Origin: a virus
Taxonomy: Duplodnaviria; Caudoviricetes
IMG/VR virus record: IMGVR_UViG_3300023108_000002
DNA: 64,000 bases
Direction: 5' to 3' (one strand)
Positions 10,138 through 18,769 of the stretch are shown in pieces. Within the stretch, counting starts at the first letter, position 1. Each line of letters begins with the position of its first letter. The position numbers and the translations under genes were made by a program. A model generated the notes under the pieces. The model saw only the letters and a program-made list of their open reading frames with translations, was not told where the DNA came from and made no database searches.

Positions 10138-10422
10138 ATGTGGGAAATGCTTGAAAGAATGGCCACAGATAGATTGTGGATTTATACAGGTATTGCCGGA
10201 GCATTGTTTGGTGCTGCATTTCTTGCATATTTTCGTTCAACACATGCTGGAATTTATCTATATGGTAAATTTGATGAATATTTAGATGCAATTCGTGATT
10301 ATTTTGGATGGACTTGGTTCGACCAACCAGAAGATGCGTGGAGAAAAAAGTATCCCCATGTAACAAAGAAAATAGATGAATTAGAAGAGAGAATATCAAA
10401 ACTTGAAAATGCTAAATTATAA
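10138..10422 (+). CDS. Hypothetical membrane protein, 94 aa
   Basis: One N-terminal hydrophobic helix and a coiled C-terminus. Confidence 0.65.
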   Translation: MWEMLERMATDRLWIYTGIAGALFGAAFLAYFRSTHAGIYLYGKFDEYLDAIRDYFGWTWFDQPEDAWRKKYPHVTKKIDELEERISKLENAKL

Positions 10423-10582
10423 ACATATAACAGACTTACATCGACAATTGATGAAAAAAGTTGATTTAGAAGTAATATATCTATTTTATGGAATGACAAT
10501 CATCTTTGGAGCCACAATATTCTTGAATTGGATTTTGTGGCTTATTTTTGGAATACATGAGTAAAAAAATTAGCAAAGGCCC

Positions 10583-10639
10583 TTGACATTGTGCTTGTCA
10601 GCACTTATATTAGTATTGTAAGAAGAAAGGACGAATCAT
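10583..10639 (+). promoter_or_regulatory. Early promoter/RBS cassette with GANTC
   Basis: CCTTGACA-N17-TATATTAGTA; GAAAGGA RBS; CGAATCA at 10632-10638 just before the ATG. Confidence 0.85.
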
Positions 10640-10867
10640 ATGAACACAACACCTGATGAAATAAAGTTCATTGAAAATGAAGAGTTCCGTATCTATCCAT
10701 TGACTGCTCAAGGCGAACTATCTACAATGATTCAACTTGACATGAAGGAATGGGCCCTTAAAGAGGGTCTATGGCCAGAGAAAGAATATGGAATAATCGT
10801 GTATGAACACGCGAAGGCTCGTGGGTGGACTCAAGAAGGGTTCACTGGTTTTGAATTAATCCACTAA
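10640..10867 (+). CDS. Hypothetical early protein, 75 aa
   Basis: Own promoter and RBS. Confidence 0.7.
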   Translation: MNTTPDEIKFIENEEFRIYPLTAQGELSTMIQLDMKEWALKEGLWPEKEYGIIVYEHAKARGWTQEGFTGFELIH

Positions 10868-10880
10868 TAGGAGATATAAT

Positions 10881-11204
10881 ATGCAAGTAGCAGTAATACA
10901 TGCCGCTTTTGAAGATGTACCACAAACTGTAGCGTTTGTAGAGGTTGGAAATAGAACTGGCGACGAGGCGCTTGAGTATGCGTATCGTTGGACTAATAAC
11001 GTAATGGGTTCTTGGAGTATCAAAGAACAATATCTTGGAGATGAAGTAAATGGTGATTATAACGATGATGTTACTGTCATGGCTCCTCTACATACAGACG
11101 AGAATGGAAAACAGTGGGGCTTGCGTTCAACCAGTGTTGGTGACCAAATGTTACTTGGAACAACAAAATACAAAGTTTCTGCTTTTGGGTTCAAAGAAAT
11201 CTAA
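10881..11204 (+). CDS. YodL-like domain protein
   Basis: LRSTSVGD motif resembles the YodL RSLSVGD signature; strong AGGAG RBS. Confidence 0.5.
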   Translation: MQVAVIHAAFEDVPQTVAFVEVGNRTGDEALEYAYRWTNNVMGSWSIKEQYLGDEVNGDYNDDVTVMAPLHTDENGKQWGLRSTSVGDQMLLGTTKYKVSAFGFKEI

Positions 11205-11213
11205 AAACAGCTA

Positions 11214-11270
11214 TTGACTCTTGGTTTCAGTTGTGTAATACTATATGTGTAATGAGAGAGGTGATTCGCA
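11214..11270 (+). promoter_or_regulatory. Early promoter/RBS cassette with two GANTC sites
   Basis: TTGACT overlapping GACTC (11216); GAGGTGATTCGCA before ATG 11271; the -10 element (TAATAC or TACTAT) is imperfectly spaced. Confidence 0.7.
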
Positions 11271-11474
11271 ATGATTGATACACTACTAGATGCAGAAACC
11301 TTGGAAAATGCAATCATTGCATTTGAAGAAGGTGCGAGCGATGAACGCCGTATGGCATTAGATTCTCTGCGTGGTATGTTAACACGAAAACGCACAGAAA
11401 TCATGGAATTTGAGGCTTGGTGTGACGAACAAGCTTCAATTCAAAACGAAATCTCTATGTGGGAGGAAATGTAA
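11271..11474 (+). CDS. Hypothetical early protein, 67 aa
   Basis: Cassette RBS; compact operon. Confidence 0.7.
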   Translation: MIDTLLDAETLENAIIAFEEGASDERRMALDSLRGMLTRKRTEIMEFEAWCDEQASIQNEISMWEEM

Positions 11475-12004
11475 TGAACCCTTTAGTTGCTCATATCGAG
11501 GCTCAAAACGCTGAATCTGCTGCATGGGCAGCAGAAGAAGAGGGACGCTGGGCAGGTGAAACTGTCACTGATCCAGAATTTTGGGCAGAATGTGGTGTCT
11601 ATACTGTAGAGGACTACGAAAAATATCAACTTGCGTGTAGTATTTCAGAGTCTGCAAAGACTGCATATGGACACAAATATTGGGTAGATTATGCAAACAT
11701 GTCTCTAGTGGAACTAGAGGAACTTGCAGATTCTTATGGAAACTCTGCAACCGAACAGCTTGAACGCGAAAGACAAGCAGAAGAAGAAGCAATTCTTGAG
11801 TTTGAATCTCGTATTCAAGATGTTATTAATCTTGGTGCGGGTGATCGTCAAACAGCTCTTCGTTGGATCACATCTCAAGAAACATTTTATCACCAACAGT
11901 GTGTTGAACATTTTGTTTGGGAATTGGGTGTATTATTTACTTCCTATGGCAAAGATCTCATAAAAGAACTTTTAGGAGTAGTCGAGTATAAGGAGATGGT
12001 ATGA
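11474..12004 (+). CDS. Hypothetical acidic protein, about 176 aa
   Basis: ATG overlapping the upstream stop; phage-like codon use. Confidence 0.75.
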   Translation: MNPLVAHIEAQNAESAAWAAEEEGRWAGETVTDPEFWAECGVYTVEDYEKYQLACSISESAKTAYGHKYWVDYANMSLVELEELADSYGNSATEQLERERQAEEEAILEFESRIQDVINLGAGDRQTALRWITSQETFYHQQCVEHFVWELGVLFTSYGKDLIKELLGVVEYKEMV

Positions 12005-12250
12005 GTGATTACCAATGAATTTGAGTTTGATTCGACCATAACAACTATCTTGGACGAACAAGGCAAGTTAGAAGATGTACAACTAATTATAGGCGACGAT
12101 GTTGTTTATATTCGGCAATTTAACGATCAAATTGCCGGAACAGACGTATATGATCTTATAGAAATGTCTCCGAAGATGTTTCAAGATATGATTACTGCTC
12201 TTTCTTTGGCCGATGGAGCCTTTGTAACTCTCTATAAGAGGGGAGTTTAG
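12005..12250 (+). CDS. Hypothetical protein, 81 aa
   Basis: Co-directional ORF abutting the upstream stop. Confidence 0.65.
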   Translation: MITNEFEFDSTITTILDEQGKLEDVQLIIGDDVVYIRQFNDQIAGTDVYDLIEMSPKMFQDMITALSLADGAFVTLYKRGV

Positions 12251-13001
12251 AATTACTTCCATCGAAGTTAAATTCTCCCGCCTTTCTTAAAACTTCAAGT
12301 CTCTTTCTCACCATAACTGCTTCTAATAGATCTCCATTTCCTTGAAGGACTGTTTTTGGCATATCTTTAAACTCCAAATACTCTGAATATGTCCTTTCTG
12401 GATGCATTAGAAAATAATTTAAATCTCTGGTGTTTAGAAACATTAGAAATGTGTCTCTATTTGTATATTGTGTAATTGTCATATACAATTGAGCTCTAAA
12501 TCCATTCAAAGCAAACCAGTATGATTGGACTGCTCCTGTATTCTGTCCCTGAGAATAGATATCCATTATCTTCATTCCACCATCATATGCTGGTAGCCAA
12601 GGTGCGTGAAATGCTAGGAGTCCACTTACCATATAGTTATCTCCACCAATGAACGCCAATGCACATGCTGAAATACATGCCTGATCTCTAGGAACCCATA
12701 CGGATACTCTGTAGTTTGACAAGAGGCGTCCAACCTCATATCCTTCATCAAGAAGGCCTCCGGGCGATGACATAGAAATAATTTTAGTTTTTGGATATAT
12801 AGTTAACATTCGCATGAAATCGTCTTTGAGTCCCTTTACAAAATTTCCTCTGAACTCTAACATTGGACCCCAAGGAGTTTCTTCCACATATTTAAAATGA
12901 TAATTGTTATTTATTGTGTGTGCATATGACATCGATGGATAAACAAAACCCATCATCATGACCATGAGAAAGATGAAATTTCTCATTTGTTTTCCTTTCA
13001 A
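12192..13001 (-). CDS. Exported ClpP/crotonase-fold protein (COG3904-like)
   Basis: Signal peptide; MSSPGG, ACISACALAFIGG and FHAPW align with the ClpP-fold Ser and His positions. Confidence 0.65.
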   Translation of the reverse strand: MKGKQMRNFIFLMVMMMGFVYPSMSYAHTINNNYHFKYVEETPWGPMLEFRGNFVKGLKDDFMRMLTIYPKTKIISMSSPGGLLDEGYEVGRLLSNYRVSVWVPRDQACISACALAFIGGDNYMVSGLLAFHAPWLPAYDGGMKIMDIYSQGQNTGAVQSYWFALNGFRAQLYMTITQYTNRDTFLMFLNTRDLNYFLMHPERTYSEYLEFKDMPKTVLQGNGDLLEAVMVRKRLEVLRKAGEFNFDGSNSKLPSYRELQRLHRPKKEQ

Positions 13002-13014
13002 AAAGAAGTATAGC

Positions 13015-13058
13015 TATTTATGTAAATTATAATTCACACTTATAAAATGAAATAAATA
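13015..13058. promoter_or_regulatory. Divergent late-like promoters (CATAAATA on -, AATAAATA on +)
   Basis: One-mismatch variants of TATAAATA between the divergent genes at 13001 and 13093. Confidence 0.4.
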
Positions 13059-13092
13059 GAAATATAAACTTAAAAACATAAAGGATATTGAA

Positions 13093-13557
13093 ATGGTATT
13101 TTGGAAATGGTGGACTACAATTGTAGTCTGTGTCGTATTAATTGGAATTGCAGAAACACAGATTGGAATTTCACATTATCTTCTAGTGCAAGACGGCACA
13201 AAAATTAGCATACTAATACTTACAATTTTATTATCATGTAGTTTATTTGTCGGTTATAAATCATATATCAAACAGTTTAAAAACCGTGTAGTAACACAAA
13301 GTTCAGTTGAACCAATTTGGTTTTTCTCTGATGCTGTATTATCTATTGGTATGGTAGGGACTCTTGTGGGATTTCTAATTGTTCTCACAACAACATTTAG
13401 CAATATAACGGATTATTCTCCCGAAGAGCTCAAAAATATAATAGGAACGCTTGCTTCTGGTATGGGGATCGCATTGATAACATCTTTGACAGGATTATTA
13501 TCTTCAATACTTCTCAAATTCCAGCTGGTGTTGTTAGATGGTGAAAGTAATGTGTGA
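13093..13557 (+). CDS. MotA/TolQ/ExbB proton-channel family membrane protein
   Basis: Four hydrophobic helices; SIGMVGTLVGF...LASGMGIALITSLTGL matches the ExbB/TolQ TM2-TM3 signature. Confidence 0.8.
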   Translation: MVFWKWWTTIVVCVVLIGIAETQIGISHYLLVQDGTKISILILTILLSCSLFVGYKSYIKQFKNRVVTQSSVEPIWFFSDAVLSIGMVGTLVGFLIVLTTTFSNITDYSPEELKNIIGTLASGMGIALITSLTGLLSSILLKFQLVLLDGESNV

Positions 13558-14297
13558 TGAGAAAATACAGCACAAATTTAGGTTTTGTTGACCTTTTATT
13601 CAATCTTCTTGTTGGTTTTGTTAGTCTATTGTTGATTGCATTTTTGCTAATCAATCCAATTGCAGACAAGGGTAAAATAGACCCAAAATCGGAGTTTCTT
13701 GTAATACTAACATGGCCCGACAGATCTATAATGGACATAGACTTGTGGGTAAGAGGCCCGAAAGATGATGATATAGTCAGTTTCAAGAGAAAAGATGCAA
13801 ACTGGATGGTTCTTGAACGAGATGATCTAGGAATCAGTAATGATTTCGTTATGGTTGATGGAATTCCTACAAAAATTCTTAGAAATATAGAAACGATATC
13901 AATCAACACTTTTGTGCCTGGCGAATATGTTGTAAATGTACATCATTACAACACAAATAAAGAAATACAAGAAGGTGAAATATATCCAACACCAGTACAA
14001 GTTGAAATTATAAAACTCAATCCATATAGAGTGATTTACACTGGTAGAGTTTCATTGACATTTAGGCAAGAACACACCATTGCAACTTTTTTGATGGACA
14101 AAAAAGGTAAAATCAGCGACCTTAGAACTGATATACAGATACCTTTATACTATAAATATGCAAATGCTGGTGGAGATGTTGAAATAACTCCATCTACTAG
14201 ATTACCACCAGCAATTCCACCAACATCTTTTCCTGGCAATACGCGAAATGAATATCCCAGTTGGGACGACACTAATTGGAAAGGGACTGGCCCATGA
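13557..14297 (+). CDS. MotB/TolR/ExbD-like single-pass partner with a periplasmic YfaP/DUF2135-like domain
   Basis: N-terminal TM FVDLLFNLLVGF with an intramembrane Asp; DIDLWV...ERDD...ETISI...PGEYVVNVHHY; ATGA coupling to the upstream gene. Confidence 0.6.
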   Translation: MRKYSTNLGFVDLLFNLLVGFVSLLLIAFLLINPIADKGKIDPKSEFLVILTWPDRSIMDIDLWVRGPKDDDIVSFKRKDANWMVLERDDLGISNDFVMVDGIPTKILRNIETISINTFVPGEYVVNVHHYNTNKEIQEGEIYPTPVQVEIIKLNPYRVIYTGRVSLTFRQEHTIATFLMDKKGKISDLRTDIQIPLYYKYANAGGDVEITPSTRLPPAIPPTSFPGNTRNEYPSWDDTNWKGTGP

Positions 14298-14737
14298 TTA
14301 CAACAATTATTTTGTCTGGAATTTTGCTATCACTAGTCATTGCAGTGATAATATATCTTGCAGATGTAGATTTTATCCTCAAACTCACAGTATTGCCCTT
14401 TGCAATATTCTTTTTATCTGTATCCGGCCTCTGGATTAAAGAAAATATAGGGTCTCCAATAGAGGGAATGCCTCAGGGCGAATTTGAAATGCTTCATTAT
14501 AAAATGAAGAGTTCTGATACAATTCATCTATGGGTTTGGGAAAAAACAAGAGGCAGTAGAGTATATTTTTTCCCATATGACAGAGAAACACTAAAGAAAT
14601 TAATGGCAGCCGAAGAAAGACAAAAGGCTGGGTTTAAGATAAGGGGGAAAATGATGCCACCAAATGGAGCTGGTGGTGAATTAAGAATGGAATTGGAAGC
14701 GACGATGCCCGATAGAACACAGGGACCATCAAAATAA
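14294..14737 (+). CDS. Membrane protein with two TM helices, coupled to the ExbBD-like pair
   Basis: Hydrophobic N-terminus; ATGA overlap. Confidence 0.7.
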   Translation: MITTIILSGILLSLVIAVIIYLADVDFILKLTVLPFAIFFLSVSGLWIKENIGSPIEGMPQGEFEMLHYKMKSSDTIHLWVWEKTRGSRVYFFPYDRETLKKLMAAEERQKAGFKIRGKMMPPNGAGGELRMELEATMPDRTQGPSK

Positions 14738-14752
14738 CATGAAAGGGAAGTT

Positions 14753-15724
14753 ATGTTTAGATTTTTTAAAGAGCGAAAGTGGTTATTATGGAGTTGGATT
14801 GGTTCCGCAATAATCTTATCATCACTTTGGGTACAAGTACAAATTGATGTAAAAATTAATGAATGGTTTGGACAGTTTTACGACATGATCCAAAGGGCAT
14901 TAGCAGAACCTAATGCCATTACAATAGGAGAATATTGGGCCAGTCTAGCGTCCTTTATTACACTCGCAGCAATATATGTTGCAATTGCAGTCGCAATATC
15001 GTTTTTCACAGCACATTATCTGTTTAGATGGCGAACCGCAATGGTAGAATGGTATCATTCTGTCTATGATAAGGCTAGAACTATCGAAGGTGCTGCTCAA
15101 CGTGTGCAAGAAGATACTATCAAGTTTAGTAGAATTATGGAAGGCCTTGGTACTAGTTTTATTGAGTCCATTATGGTATTGATACAATTTGTGCCTATTT
15201 TACTTGGATTGAGTGTGGGAATTCCCATCTTTTTCTTTGGTGATTGGCAATACGGACTTGTAACAGGTGCATTAGTCTGGTCGATTGGGGGCACATTATT
15301 CCTCGTTGGGTTGGGATGGTTGCTGAGACTTGTAGGTGTTGAATATGACTTGCAAAAGAAAGAGGCTGCATATCGTAAAATTCTGGTGATTGCAGAGGAC
15401 GATGAGACAGTCAGGCCTAAAACTATTGAAGAATTGTTTGAAGGTGTCAGAGGCATTCATTTTAAATCCTATATAAGATACCTATACTTCAATATAGGTA
15501 GAATTGCATACTTACAGGCAAATGTCTTGAGTGCTTATGTGTTTCTTGCCCCCGCTATTGTTGCTGGTGCAGTCACATTGGGTGTAATGCAACAAATTAT
15601 TCGGGCGTTTGGTAGAGTAGAAGGTTCTATGCAGTATTTACTAAAAGCATGGCCTACCATTATTGAATTAATGAGTGTCTACAAACGACTAAGAGAATTT
15701 GAAAGACAGATACAGGAGAAATAA
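14753..15724 (+). CDS. sbmA: SbmA/BacA-like peptide transporter
   Basis: INEWFGQFYDMIQRAL, YLFRWRTAM, IEGAAQRVQEDT, YLYFN motifs; multi-TM without an ATPase domain. Confidence 0.88.
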   Translation: MFRFFKERKWLLWSWIGSAIILSSLWVQVQIDVKINEWFGQFYDMIQRALAEPNAITIGEYWASLASFITLAAIYVAIAVAISFFTAHYLFRWRTAMVEWYHSVYDKARTIEGAAQRVQEDTIKFSRIMEGLGTSFIESIMVLIQFVPILLGLSVGIPIFFFGDWQYGLVTGALVWSIGGTLFLVGLGWLLRLVGVEYDLQKKEAAYRKILVIAEDDETVRPKTIEELFEGVRGIHFKSYIRYLYFNIGRIAYLQANVLSAYVFLAPAIVAGAVTLGVMQQIIRAFGRVEGSMQYLLKAWPTIIELMSVYKRLREFERQIQEK

Positions 15725-16192
15725 ATGAACAGTAAATTTAGCATTGGCGTTGTCATTGCTATTGTTCTACAGGTAAGTGCCTTTGTGTGGTGGACTGCAC
15801 AACAGGCACAAACCATAGATCAACTAGAAGGGCAAGTCGCCGAACTCACTGCAAAGAGTAAAATAGAAAAAGAAGTAACTCTTATTAATGATGTGAAGCA
15901 GCTGAGAAAAGAAGTTGACAAAATGAAAGAAGATATTTTGTCAAGTTTAACTAGTATTGATGATATGAGAATATCAGAAGATAATAGGTTGGGTGAATAT
16001 ATTGATCGGATATATGATGGTTTGATCAGCGACCTACAGGCAACTTTTGCAAAACATGAAGATTGGATTGATGAATTAGATAGTGATGTTGATGCAGTAT
16101 ATGTACATATTGATACACAATTAAAAGATTTAGATAAAAAACTAAGCGATAGGATTAGAGATAATGGCGGCCAAAACGAGCAAACCAAATAA
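15725..16192 (+). CDS. Membrane-anchored coiled-coil protein
   Basis: N-terminal TM helix and heptad-rich remainder. Confidence 0.65.
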   Translation: MNSKFSIGVVIAIVLQVSAFVWWTAQQAQTIDQLEGQVAELTAKSKIEKEVTLINDVKQLRKEVDKMKEDILSSLTSIDDMRISEDNRLGEYIDRIYDGLISDLQATFAKHEDWIDELDSDVDAVYVHIDTQLKDLDKKLSDRIRDNGGQNEQTK

Positions 16193-16832
16193 AAAGAAAA
16201 AAGAAGAAGAAAAGATTGATTTGATTCCAAATACAATCACTCAAACTCCACCACCAGAACCAATGCCAAGAGACCTGACATTTGAAAAACAGCCAGGCAC
16301 TGTATTGAAAGAAAATGGTATTCTCTTTATGGATAAGGAGTTCAATCAAGAAAATTGTATGCCATTAGTAAAAATGATTATGGAATATAATTTGATGCCC
16401 GCACCCAAAAGGCCTCCGATTATTCATCTATATATCAATTCGCCAGGCGGAGAGGTTGCATCTGCATTTCATCTTATAGATGTAATAAAACAGTCAAAAA
16501 TACCAGTTTATACCTATGGAATGGGCTCTATAGCGTCCTGTGGTGTGCTGCTAATGATGAGTGGAGAGAAGGGACACAGATACCTAACACAGAACACAAG
16601 CATCATGTCGCATCAATACAGCTGGGGGTCAAAGGGCAAGGAACATGAATTATATGCGAAAATAAAACAATTTGAAATCTCTTCAGAGAAATTAGTTGAA
16701 CATTATGTCAAGTGTACTGGAAAAAAGAAAGATTATATCAGAAAATATTTATTACCAGAGTCTGACATATGGATGACACCAGAAGAAGCAATAAAACATG
16801 GGATTGCTGATAAAATTATAGAAACTTATTGA
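16164..16832 (+). CDS. clpP: ClpP protease proteolytic subunit
   Basis: YINSPGG, IASCG (Ser), MSHQ (His), DIWMTPEEAIKHGIADKI (Asp). Confidence 0.9.
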   Translation: MAAKTSKPNKKKKEEEKIDLIPNTITQTPPPEPMPRDLTFEKQPGTVLKENGILFMDKEFNQENCMPLVKMIMEYNLMPAPKRPPIIHLYINSPGGEVASAFHLIDVIKQSKIPVYTYGMGSIASCGVLLMMSGEKGHRYLTQNTSIMSHQYSWGSKGKEHELYAKIKQFEISSEKLVEHYVKCTGKKKDYIRKYLLPESDIWMTPEEAIKHGIADKIIETY

Positions 16833-16857
16833 CACAAATAGAATCATATAGTATATT
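16829..16857 (+). promoter_or_regulatory. Early promoter with GANTC in the spacer
   Basis: TTGACA-N17-TATATT; GAATC at 16841. Confidence 0.8.
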
Positions 16858-16871
16858 GAAAGGAGTTTTAG

Positions 16872-17039
16872 ATGGCTACTGAGCTTACTGATAAATTGAC
16901 GGTAATCCTAGACGAACTAAAAGAAGTTATGGAACAACGTCAACTGAGAATTGAAGAATTGAGAAAAGAGATAGACGAAATAGAACAGCAAAATGCTGAA
17001 CTAGAAAAACAAGTCTCATCTCTTTTGAATTCATTTTGA
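16872..17039 (+). CDS. Hypothetical coiled-coil protein, 55 aa
   Basis: Hand-found (MATELTDKL...), AGGAG RBS, follows the promoter. Confidence 0.65.
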   Translation: MATELTDKLTVILDELKEVMEQRQLRIEELRKEIDEIEQQNAELEKQVSSLLNSF

Positions 17040-17051
17040 ATGGAATAAAAA

Positions 17052-17273
17052 ATGACTGAACAGCAAGAAAGATATCATGAGTATATGTTAAGGCGAATGA
17101 GAGAAGAAGATGAAAAGGATCGGTTTACTCTAACTGTCGAGCAGGACGGAGAAGAGCTAGTGTTGCCCTTTCCAGTTGATTTACTAAATCAAATGGGGTG
17201 GGATATAGGCGATACATTGTTATGGGAGACTACAGATGATGGATATGTTAGCGTTCGTAAAAAAGAAGATTAG
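17052..17273 (+). CDS. AbrB/MazE-type DNA-binding domain protein
   Basis: LVLPFPVDLLNQMGWDIGDTL swapped-hairpin signature. Confidence 0.7.
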   Translation: MTEQQERYHEYMLRRMREEDEKDRFTLTVEQDGEELVLPFPVDLLNQMGWDIGDTLLWETTDDGYVSVRKKED

Positions 17274-17751
17274 AAGTATTGCAGTTCTTTCTTTATTTGC
17301 ACTTACTACAAGCAGTGCATTGGCATCAGGTCCATACACCGTAGAAGATGAAAAGTCAATAGAGTGTTTGGCATTAAACATTTACTTTGAGACACATGCC
17401 TCATCTCTCGCGGATGCAATGGCTGTTTCAGATGTTGTTTTAAATCGAGCTCATCATTCTAAGTATCCAGATACAATATGTGGTGTTGTACATGATGGAT
17501 ATGAAGTAGGAAAACGAACTTGCCAGTTTAGTTGGTATTGTGATGGTAAATCAGATACCCCTTCTAATTCTGATATTTGGGAGAAATCTAGAAAATATGC
17601 TAGAGACTTTTATATTCATGGAGAATATGTTGGAATAACCGAAGGAGCAACACATTATCATGCAACATATGTAAAACCCTATTGGGCCCCTTCGTTGGAT
17701 CGAATAACTCGAATCGGTTCTCATATTTTTTACAGAATCAAAGGTAAATAA
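17236..17751 (+). CDS. SleB-family cell wall hydrolase (start may be 17245)
   Basis: CLALNIYFE, VVLNR, YPDTICGVV, CQFSW, GATHYHA, IGSHIFY. Confidence 0.9.
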   Translation: MMDMLAFVKKKIRSIAVLSLFALTTSSALASGPYTVEDEKSIECLALNIYFETHASSLADAMAVSDVVLNRAHHSKYPDTICGVVHDGYEVGKRTCQFSWYCDGKSDTPSNSDIWEKSRKYARDFYIHGEYVGITEGATHYHATYVKPYWAPSLDRITRIGSHIFYRIKGK

Positions 17752-17774
17752 ATATGATTGGAGAGGAAAAAAAC

Positions 17775-18032
17775 ATGGACCTAAAATTACATGACGTTCC
17801 AACAAAATATCATCATATTTTGAACGAACTCTGGAGCTGTAATTCTGATATGGATGTTGCAATATATCTTTATCAATGCCATCCTCAAAAAAGAAAAATT
17901 GCAGAATCACTAATAGAACTTATTAAGTTAGAAATTATTGACAGCAATTTTGAATCTCTTTCTAAAAAATACATACCAGAAGATTTCAACGATAAACTAA
18001 TGGATATTATTAAAAATGGCCCTTCAAGTTAG
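17775..18032 (+). CDS. Hypothetical protein
   Basis: GGAGAGG RBS; compact operon. Confidence 0.6.
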   Translation: MDLKLHDVPTKYHHILNELWSCNSDMDVAIYLYQCHPQKRKIAESLIELIKLEIIDSNFESLSKKYIPEDFNDKLMDIIKNGPSS

Positions 18033-18291
18033 AACAGTATCAGAACCAACATATGAAGAAGATGGTGTCAATTATGGCACACCAACCAATATGATTGAAA
18101 GAATTAAATATTTAGAAGATGAAGTAGCAAGGTTAGAGTCAGAGTTATCTCTTCTCAGTACTGGTTACAATCAATCTTGGCAAGAATATGAAACAAGAAC
18201 TAATGATATATATTCAAATAAATATCTCAGACAAAGAGGATTTGATGAATATGGATATTATGGAGAAAATAATGGCCCAGTTGGGGATTGA
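18016..18291 (+). CDS. Hypothetical protein, 91 aa
   Basis: Overlapping, co-directional. Confidence 0.6.
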   Translation: MALQVRTVSEPTYEEDGVNYGTPTNMIERIKYLEDEVARLESELSLLSTGYNQSWQEYETRTNDIYSNKYLRQRGFDEYGYYGENNGPVGD

Positions 18292-18305
18292 TTAGGAGAA
18301 GAAAT

Positions 18306-18524
18306 ATGGAAGATGGCCCACTAAAATATGCAGTAGAATGCCAGAAGTTTGATAAGGTTGTGTCTGAGGTATTCGAAAGAACTTATATATCGCAAGGACG
18401 CATGTATTCAACTAAGGTAAAAAGGTCATATTTTCCAAATGGAGATTATCAAGACACTTCAAATACAGAATTTGTAACAAAAGTAAGTGACTATGCTATG
18501 AAAGAGTGGCATGGGGAAAAATAA
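18306..18524 (+). CDS. Hypothetical protein
   Basis: AGGAG RBS; co-directional. Confidence 0.6.
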   Translation: MEDGPLKYAVECQKFDKVVSEVFERTYISQGRMYSTKVKRSYFPNGDYQDTSNTEFVTKVSDYAMKEWHGEK

Positions 18525-18760
18525 TGGACGAAATGGATGAATTTATAGACGAGCTGGAGTCAAAAGTTCGTTCTATTAGACAATCTATTAGAAAGTTTTA
18601 TTTAGACTTCCCTCAATACTCTCCAGAATTTCGAGGAAAAAGTAAAGAAGAAATAATGCATACTCAAAAAGTAAGAGACATGCAAAAACGGATGATGGAA
18701 CCCAAACAAATGTCGGATGCAGAGAAAATTCGGCGAGCCATCGCAAGACATAGTGAATAA
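18524..18760 (+). CDS. Hypothetical protein
   Basis: ATG overlapping the upstream stop. Confidence 0.6.
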   Translation: MDEMDEFIDELESKVRSIRQSIRKFYLDFPQYSPEFRGKSKEEIMHTQKVRDMQKRMMEPKQMSDAEKIRRAIARHSE

Positions 18761-18769
18761 GGTGATATT

